The notes beneath the pieces are model-generated. The model had not been told where the DNA came from and searched no databases. It worked only from the letters and a program-made list of their open reading frames with translations. A DNA stretch of 11,573 nucleotides, from contig PKZK01000106.1 in assembly GCA_003133025.1 (NCBI GenBank), forward strand, positions 3,163 to 14,735, written 5' to 3'. Of the stretch, positions 1 to 5,083 are shown in pieces; within the stretch, counting starts at the first letter, position 1; each line of letters begins with the position of its first letter. A program made the position numbers and the translations under genes. The stretch is from Vulcanimicrobiota bacterium (lineage in GTDB: Bacteria; Vulcanimicrobiota; Vulcanimicrobiia; Vulcanimicrobiales; Vulcanimicrobiaceae).

Positions 1-1568
1 ACGTCGATCTGCATCGACTCCTCGCGCACCGAATTGCGGTCGACGTCGAGCAGGCGCAAGGCGAAGCCGGAAGCGTCCTCGTGCGGCGCGATCTTCTTGG
101 CCATGTGCACCAGACGCTCGAACTGCTCGGCAAAGTGCGGTACGAGACGCCCCTTGCGGTCGCGCGCGACGCGCTGCGGCGGCCGCTCGAGCCGCCAATG
201 CTCGTCGCCGGCTTGCTGCCACGTGGCAGCCTGCGAGGCCTTGGGCTTGGCCGCGTCGTCGAGTTCGATCAACACGGTCTCGATCTGCTCGGCCGTGCGC
301 ACGCGGGCCGCATCGCGCGGCGAGCGTTTGAAGAGTTCCTCGTAGCGCTCGGCCACTTCGGAAATCGGACGGCCCTGCGCGTCGATCTGCGCGGGCAAGT
401 CCCACATGGTGGGCAAGGTGACCAATTGGTGACGGCGCACCTTGTCGACGATGTCGATCACGATCGCGTAAGGCTTGTTGCTCATCGCGATCATCTTGCG
501 CCGCGCCTCGGCGGTGGGCAGCTCCGAGAGCACGTAGGCGTATTCGTCGAGCGGACGCAAGCCGCGGCCGGTGACCTGCGTGTACAGCGTCGTCGACTTG
601 GTCGGCCGGGCATTGATGATCGTCTCGACCGACGGAACGTCGAAGCCCTCGAGGTAGAGTCCGCAGTTGACCAGCACGTCGATCGAGCGGCCGCGGAATC
701 CGGCGACGATCGCCTCGCGCTCGGCGGTCGGGGTGTCGCCGCTGGCAAACGCGGCGCGGATGCCGTCGTCTTTGAAGAGCTTGGCCACGTTGCGCGCGTG
801 CTCGACCGACGCCGTGAAGACCAGCGTCTTGGTGCCGGGAACCAGCGTGCGATAGGCTTCGAGCACCGCCAGGTTGCGTTCGTCGTTGTCGACGGCCTCG
901 GCCAATTGGGCGAGCACGAAATCGCCGCCGCGCGAGGACACATCGTCGAGGTTGGTTTCCGTCGCGACGGCATACGAACGCACCGGAACGAGGTACCCGG
1001 CATCGATTGCGGCGCGCGCGTCCATCGAAAAGACGACGTCGGGAAAGATGTCGACCAGTCGCGCGCCGTCGCCCCGGTTCGGCGTGGCGGTAAAGCCGAT
1101 GACCAGCGCGTCGGGACGTTTGAGCGCAATCTTGTCGACGATGGCCCGGTAGGTGGGCGCCGCCGCGTGGTGCGCCTCGTCGATGACGAACAGCGCGATG
1201 CGCCTGCCGAATTTGGTGATGAACCGGTTGAGCCGCGGACCGGTCAAGGTCTGCACCGTGGCGACGACGATGCTGCAGTCTTCCGATGCGTGGGCGTCGG
1301 CCTTTTCGATGCCGACGACCGCATCCGGATTTTGCGCTCGCATCTTTTCGTAGAGCTGCTGGATCAGTTCGTCGCGATGCGCGATGACCAGCGTCAGGTC
1401 GGCCGGGCGCAACTCTAAGAGCTCGGGCAGCGTCGCGATGATGACGCTCTTACCTAAGCCGGTCGCAAGCGAGACGAGTTGCGCGCGCATACCACGACGT
1501 CGCGCATCTACTATCGCCTGCTGCGCCTCTATCTGATATGGACGCAGGCGGAGGGTACTAAAATTCAA
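1..1568 (-). CDS. Superfamily-2 DEAD/DEAH-box helicase (ResIII/RadD/Irc3-like), 3' end truncated by window edge
   Basis: Manual translation of the minus strand from TTG at 1568 gives MNFSTLRLRPYQIEAQQAI..., Walker A ATGLGKS (1446-1466), motif Ia AHRDEL, Walker B IDEAHH (DEAH at 1170-1181), motif III GFTATP, motif IV LVFTASV, motif V EGFDVP and motif VI QVTGRGLR. The frame is open to position 1 (>520 aa). The upstream in-frame stop is at 1650-1652, so GTG at 1607 or 1622 are alternative starts. It is absent from the ORF track because no stop lies in the window. Confidence 0.95.
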   Translation of the reverse strand, partial: MNFSTLRLRPYQIEAQQAIVDARRRGMRAQLVSLATGLGKSVIIATLPELLELRPADLTLVIAHRDELIQQLYEKMRAQNPDAVVGIEKADAHASEDCSIVVATVQTLTGPRLNRFITKFGRRIALFVIDEAHHAAAPTYRAIVDKIALKRPDALVIGFTATPNRGDGARLVDIFPDVVFSMDARAAIDAGYLVPVRSYAVATETNLDDVSSRGGDFVLAQLAEAVDNDERNLAVLEAYRTLVPGTKTLVFTASVEHARNVAKLFKDDGIRAAFASGDTPTAEREAIVAGFRGRSIDVLVNCGLYLEGFDVPSVETIINARPTKSTTLYTQVTGRGLRPLDEYAYVLSELPTAEARRKMIAMSNKPYAIVIDIVDKVRRHQLVTLPTMWDLPAQIDAQGRPISEVAERYEELFKRSPRDAARVRTAEQIETVLIELDDAAKPKASQAATWQQAGDEHWRLERPPQRVARDRKGRLVPHFAEQFERLVHMAKKIAPHEDASGFALRLLDVDRNSVREESMQID

Positions 1569-1629
1569 GCTGAGACCCTGTCGATCGCTCGAGGAGGAGG
1601 ACGGCACGATTGGGGATCGCACACGTAAG

Positions 1630-1646
1630 CGAACGGCACTCGTTCG
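1630..1646. promoter_or_regulatory. Inverted repeat CGAACG-N5-CGTTCG upstream of the helicase; candidate operator
   Basis: Perfect 6-bp arms seen directly. On the minus strand it lies just downstream of a weak -10-like stretch (TGGTGTAGT, about 1652-1660). Function is inferred. Confidence 0.3.
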
Positions 1647-1673
1647 GCGTCACTACACCACGCGGTGGGGGCC

Positions 1674-1725
1674 GGGAACAGGGCATCGTCGCCAACCGTG
1701 CTTTGGCGAACGCCGCGACTTTCCC
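1674..1725 (-). terminator. Long imperfect hairpin directly after the hypothetical gene stop; possible terminator or stability hairpin
   Basis: Core stem TCGCCAA (1689-1695) / TTGGCGA (1703-1709), extendable on the minus-strand RNA by GGCGU/AUGCC and an outer GGGAA/UUCCC pair. There is no U-tract, so it is not a canonical intrinsic terminator. Confidence 0.35.
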
Positions 1726-2277
1726 CTATCGCGCGAGCGGCTTGGCGGGCTGTTCGTCGGCCTCGAGACGCTCCCGGTAATTCCGTTCGGTGTGCAGCCA
1801 CTCGGCGAAGCGCTGCTCGAAGACTTCGGGGCGCAGCAGCATCAGATCCCGGAAGGCTTCGAAACTCCGGTCGTGCGCTTCGTGATACTTGGTGAGCAGC
1901 TCGGGCCCGCTGACCAGACCCTTCTCGATGCAGACGTCGGCGAGCGCCCGCAGACGGACCCGCAGGAAGGCGATCGTGTCGAGCATGTTCGAGAAGAGTT
2001 CGATGCCCACGGTCTCGGGCTCGGGCTCGAGGCTGCCCGGCTCGGGCGGATGCGCCAGGGCCAACCGGCGGAGTTCGCCCAGCGTTTGGAACGAGGAGCC
2101 GAAGGCACCCCACGTGATCGGGCCGCCGTCGTCCTTGAAGGTATAACTGAAGTTCTGGCCGCCCAGCAGGTGAGCCACCATGTCGGCGTCCTCCTTGGCG
2201 ATCAGATAATGATCGGGCAGCGTCGCGGCGCGGCGGATGGTCTCCAGGCTCGCTCCACCTTGGCTCTGATCGTTCAT
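1726..2277 (-). CDS. Hypothetical protein, 183 aa
   Basis: ATG start with a strong SD (GAGGAG) a few nt upstream. Natural amino-acid composition and GC3-rich codons, unlike the Arg/Ala/Pro-rich overlapping shadow ORFs. It fills the gap between co-oriented neighbours. No family recognised. Confidence 0.85.
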   Translation of the reverse strand: MNDQSQGGASLETIRRAATLPDHYLIAKEDADMVAHLLGGQNFSYTFKDDGGPITWGAFGSSFQTLGELRRLALAHPPEPGSLEPEPETVGIELFSNMLDTIAFLRVRLRALADVCIEKGLVSGPELLTKYHEAHDRSFEAFRDLMLLRPEVFEQRFAEWLHTERNYRERLEADEQPAKPLAR

Positions 2278-2366
2278 GGACTCTCCTCGGGATTCGTCGG
2301 CTGACGCTCGACTCGGGCGCTCACCTACGTTTTCGGCCGTGGCCGCACCCCTCGCGTAGCCGGATA

Positions 2367-2391
2367 CCCGAAAGTCCTATGCGCCTTCGGG
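2367..2391 (-). terminator. 8-bp hairpin 22 nt after the phosphoesterase stop
   Basis: Minus-strand RNA CCCGAAGG-(9 nt loop)-CUUUCGGG, with one G-U pair that forms only on the minus strand. It is followed by UAU rather than a U-run. Confidence 0.3.
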
Positions 2392-2413
2392 ACCGAGCGG
2401 CGCCCGCGGAGTG

Positions 2414-3751
2414 CTAGCCATCGGGATCGGGCGGCCGGCGGTCGGGGAACTGGCGCTCCCAATCGCGCGCTTTGAGGCCGTGCCCGAAAGGCGTGAACGG
2501 CCTCGGCTTCGCCGTGAAGTCGAAGGCGTCGTCCGCCGGAGAGTTGGCCCGGTTGTCGCTCGCCGCCAGCGGGAAGAGGTGAAACTGGTCCTCGGTAAAG
2601 CGGAGGATGCTGCCGTGTTCGTACTGGACGTGCGACACGTAGCCGCGTTTGGCGTAGGGCGAGACGATCAGGAGGGGCACCCGGATGCCCAAGCCGTCGT
2701 AGTCGACGTACGGCGGAGGCACGTGATCGTACCAGCCGCCCCACTCGTCCCACATAATGAAGATGGCCGTCGAATCCCAAAATTTGCTCTGCCCGACGGC
2801 GTCGACGATGCTGGCCACCCATTCCGGCCCGCGCTTGCTGCCGCAGCCGCCATGGTCGGAAGTCGAGCAGGTCGGCGTGATCCAGGTGACGTTGGCCAGC
2901 GTACCGTTCGCGACGTCGGTCAGAAATTGCGTGTTGGGCGCGATCACGTTGGCCCAGTCGGGCCCTTTATAGATGTGCTCGACGGCCTGATACCCCGACC
3001 AAATGTCGGTCAGGCTCGCCGCATAGAAACGCCAGCTGCGGTTGGCCTTGTCGAGTTCGTCGCCGAGGGTCGGATAGTCGAAGCAGGGCGCCTGATCGGG
3101 TCCATAGCTGCGGTCTTCGTTGAGCGTGCCGACGTAATCGCTCTCGCCGCTATCGCAGCCCCATTGGACGCTGGGCAAATCCACGCTGTGCTGGGCCTGC
3201 CCGGCGATGATGTACTGATGCGAGACGAAACTGGCATCGAGGTGCGAGGTGAACATCCGATCGGCCAGCACGTATTGCCGGGCCATGTCGAAGTAGATTT
3301 TCGATTCCGCGTGCGGGACGTACCCGTACGCCGGGTTGGCCGGAGCTTGCCCGCTGACGGGCTCCGACTCGAAGCCGTCCATCTTACCGTTGTCGACGTC
3401 GGCGAAGAACTGTTCCGAATAGTGATCCAGACCATAGTCGGCAGCGAGCGAAATCGGCTGGAGGGCGATCTTGTCGCCCTGTTCGTCGTAACCGTACGAC
3501 TGCGTGTCGGCGCCGGGATACCCTTGAAACAGATTGTCGAAGCTGCGGTTCTCCTGCACCACGATCACGACGTGCTGAATCGGGGACGCTGCGAGCGGGC
3601 CGCGGCGCTGGTGCGCTTTCGCGGCGGCCCCGGCGAGCACCGTCGACGCGGCCGGCGAGAAGAACGAGTCCGACTGCGTTCCCGCGCAGCCCGCGAGCGC
3701 AAGCAGTGCGATCGCCGCCGGCGCGTAACGCCTCAGGCGACGTGAACCCAC
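2414..3751 (-). CDS. Phosphoesterase family (AcpA/phospholipase C-like, alkaline phosphatase superfamily) lipoprotein, 445 aa
   Basis: This is the C-terminal part of track ORF 2414..4618. The real start is inferred at GTG 3751, preceded by GAGGGG 7 nt upstream. The N-terminus MGSRRLRRYAPAAIALLALAGC is a signal peptide with lipobox LAGC (Cys22). Family motifs: IQHVVIVVQENRSFDNLF, the nucleophile region SHLDASFVSHQY, SDH, WDEWGGWYDHVPPP, GIRVPLLIVSPY and YEHGSILRF. Confidence 0.93.
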   Translation of the reverse strand: MGSRRLRRYAPAAIALLALAGCAGTQSDSFFSPAASTVLAGAAAKAHQRRGPLAASPIQHVVIVVQENRSFDNLFQGYPGADTQSYGYDEQGDKIALQPISLAADYGLDHYSEQFFADVDNGKMDGFESEPVSGQAPANPAYGYVPHAESKIYFDMARQYVLADRMFTSHLDASFVSHQYIIAGQAQHSVDLPSVQWGCDSGESDYVGTLNEDRSYGPDQAPCFDYPTLGDELDKANRSWRFYAASLTDIWSGYQAVEHIYKGPDWANVIAPNTQFLTDVANGTLANVTWITPTCSTSDHGGCGSKRGPEWVASIVDAVGQSKFWDSTAIFIMWDEWGGWYDHVPPPYVDYDGLGIRVPLLIVSPYAKRGYVSHVQYEHGSILRFTEDQFHLFPLAASDNRANSPADDAFDFTAKPRPFTPFGHGLKARDWERQFPDRRPPDPDG

Positions 3752-4848
3752 GAAGGCGCCCCTCGCAACTTCGCGTACGTGGCCAGGGCCTGCCCCACGA
3801 CTTGATCCATGTTGTAGTACCGGTACGTGCCGAGCCGCCCGGCGAAATGCACGCCGGGCGTGGCGTCGGCCAGCGCCTTGTAGCGGGCGTAGAGCGCGGC
3901 GTTCTCGGGGCGCGGGATCGGATAGTACGGCTCGCCTTCGGCTAAGGCGTATTCGTACGAGACGCTCGTGCGCGGATGGCTCTGGCCGGTGAGATGCTTG
4001 TACTCGGTGACGCGCGTATAGGGCCGGTCTTGCGGATAATTGATCACGGCCACCGGCTGATGCTGCGCGACCTCGTAGGTTTCGTGTTCGAAGCGGAGCG
4101 AGCGGTAGGGCAGGCGTCCGAAGCGATGCTCGAAGAACTCGTCGACCGGACCGGTATAGACGATCTCGCCGACGCGCAGCGAACCGATCACGTCGCGGTA
4201 ATCCACGCCGAGTTCCAACGTGATGTTGGGATGGTCGAGCATGTTCTCGAACATCCGCGTGTAGCCGTGCAAGGGCATGCACTGATACTCGTCGGTGAAA
4301 TACCGGTCGTCGCGATCGGTGCGCACCGGGATCCGGCCGGCCACCGACGCATCGAGCTGGGCGGGATCCAGGCCCCAATGTTTGCGCGTGTAGCCGCGGA
4401 AGAATTTCTCGTACAGCGTGCGGCCGATCTTCGAGACGACGACGTCCTCGGACGTCCGGATGCGTTCCACCGGCTCCGCCTGGCGCGCGAAGTACTCGCC
4501 GAGTTCCTCGGGCGTGAGCGACCAGCCGTACAAGGAGTTGACCGTGTCGAGGTTGATCGGGATCGGCACCAGCTTGCCGTCGACGGAAGCCAAGACGCGA
4601 TGTTCGTACGCGCGCCACTCCGTGAAGCGCGAGAGGTAACTCAGGACCTCGCGACTGTTCGTATGGAAGATGTGCGGACCGTAGCGGTGCACGAGTACGC
4701 CGGCGGCGTCGTGCTCGTCGTAGGCGTTGCCTCCGACGTGGCGGCGCCGGTCGATCAAGAGGACGCGCCGTCCCGCATCGCGTGCCAAGCGCTCGGCGAG
4801 CACGCTGCCCGCAAAGCCGGCGCCGACGATGAGATAGTCGAAAGTCAC
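3733..4848 (-). CDS. glf: UDP-galactopyranose mutase, 371 aa
   Basis: FAD-binding DYLIVGAGFAG, HVGGNAYD, HRYGPHIFHT, YTRKHWG, RIPVR, YFTDEYQCMP, YTGPVDEFF, LPYRSL, TRVTEYKH, EPYYP and GRLGTYRYYNMDQVV are hallmark UGM motifs. Start placed at GTG 4848, immediately before the Rossmann strand. The track extension to 5199 crosses the divergent promoter region and overlaps abmA. Confidence 0.97.
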   Translation of the reverse strand: MTFDYLIVGAGFAGSVLAERLARDAGRRVLLIDRRRHVGGNAYDEHDAAGVLVHRYGPHIFHTNSREVLSYLSRFTEWRAYEHRVLASVDGKLVPIPINLDTVNSLYGWSLTPEELGEYFARQAEPVERIRTSEDVVVSKIGRTLYEKFFRGYTRKHWGLDPAQLDASVAGRIPVRTDRDDRYFTDEYQCMPLHGYTRMFENMLDHPNITLELGVDYRDVIGSLRVGEIVYTGPVDEFFEHRFGRLPYRSLRFEHETYEVAQHQPVAVINYPQDRPYTRVTEYKHLTGQSHPRTSVSYEYALAEGEPYYPIPRPENAALYARYKALADATPGVHFAGRLGTYRYYNMDQVVGQALATYAKLRGAPSWVHVA

Positions 4849-4957
4849 GCCGTCTTGGACGACGCCGCTGCTCCGAAGGACGCGCGACGGGGCTGAAGGC
4901 TGCAGAATACGTTCCTGTCTGAAGGCCGCGGCCGGACCGCCCGCGTCTGGGACGATC

Positions 4958-4991
4958 GGGCTGCCGCCCTTTCTCTGGGGCCGCCGCCCTT
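4958..4991. repeat. Direct repeat GGGC(T/C)GCCGCCCTT x2, 20-bp period
   Basis: Copies at 4958-4971 and 4978-4991 are 13/14 identical. They lie in the divergent intergenic region. Confidence 0.7.
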
Positions 4992-5002
4992 CCCCGCGGG
5001 GC

Positions 5003-5031
5003 TTGACGGCGGGTTCCTTGATCTCTAATTT
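5003..5031 (+). promoter_or_regulatory. Sigma70-type promoter of the catabolic operon
   Basis: -35 TTGACG (5003-5008), 17-nt spacer, -10 TAATTT (5026-5031), in the most AT-rich patch of the window and about 50 nt upstream of the GTG at 5084. Confidence 0.7.
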
Positions 5032-5032
5032 A

Positions 5033-5044
5033 TTGATATAGCAA
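5033..5044. promoter_or_regulatory. Candidate MarR operator TTGATATAGCAA
   Basis: Imperfect AT-rich palindrome (5 of 6 pairs) overlapping the predicted +1. A MarR gene lies within the downstream operon. Confidence 0.5.
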
Positions 5045-5083
5045 GTATCCGGACGACGTTCCGGACGCGAGGGGGAATTCGGC

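Noticed and set aside
81..1418. 445-aa plus-strand ORF (and nested ORFs such as 491..1129)
   Set aside because: Antisense or off-frame shadow of the helicase. It has no motifs, and the opposite strand carries a full set of SF2 motifs.
1415..1568. AT-richer codons (TTA, ATA, GTA, AAT, TTT) at the helicase 5' end as a sign of foreign DNA
   Set aside because: Confined to roughly the first 50 codons, consistent with an ordinary 5' low-structure ramp. The rest of the gene has host-like GC3.
1646..1720. Fluoride (crcB) riboswitch-like fragments on the minus strand: GGCGUUCGCCAAA...ACCGC...UAGUGACGCC
   Set aside because: The required 5' GGNGAUG strand of P1 is missing (AGUCGC instead), the spacing is too long, and the downstream gene is not fluoride-related.
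2325..2359. Hammerhead-like GGCC..GGCCGAAAAC element on the minus strand
   Set aside because: The CUGANGA catalytic core is absent.
2414..4618. 734-aa ORF suggesting a large fusion or overlapping gene within glf
   Set aside because: The first ~290 aa are an Arg-rich off-frame reading of glf. The signal peptide, SD and family motifs begin at GTG 3751.
2411..4896. Long plus-strand ORFs 2411..3745 and 3976..4896
   Set aside because: Codon-aligned antisense mirrors of the phosphoesterase and glf, expected in high-GC DNA.
4873..4991. Short repeats as a degenerate CRISPR array or IS ends
   Set aside because: Units are only 11-14 bp in 2-3 copies with very short spacers, and no cas or transposase gene is present.
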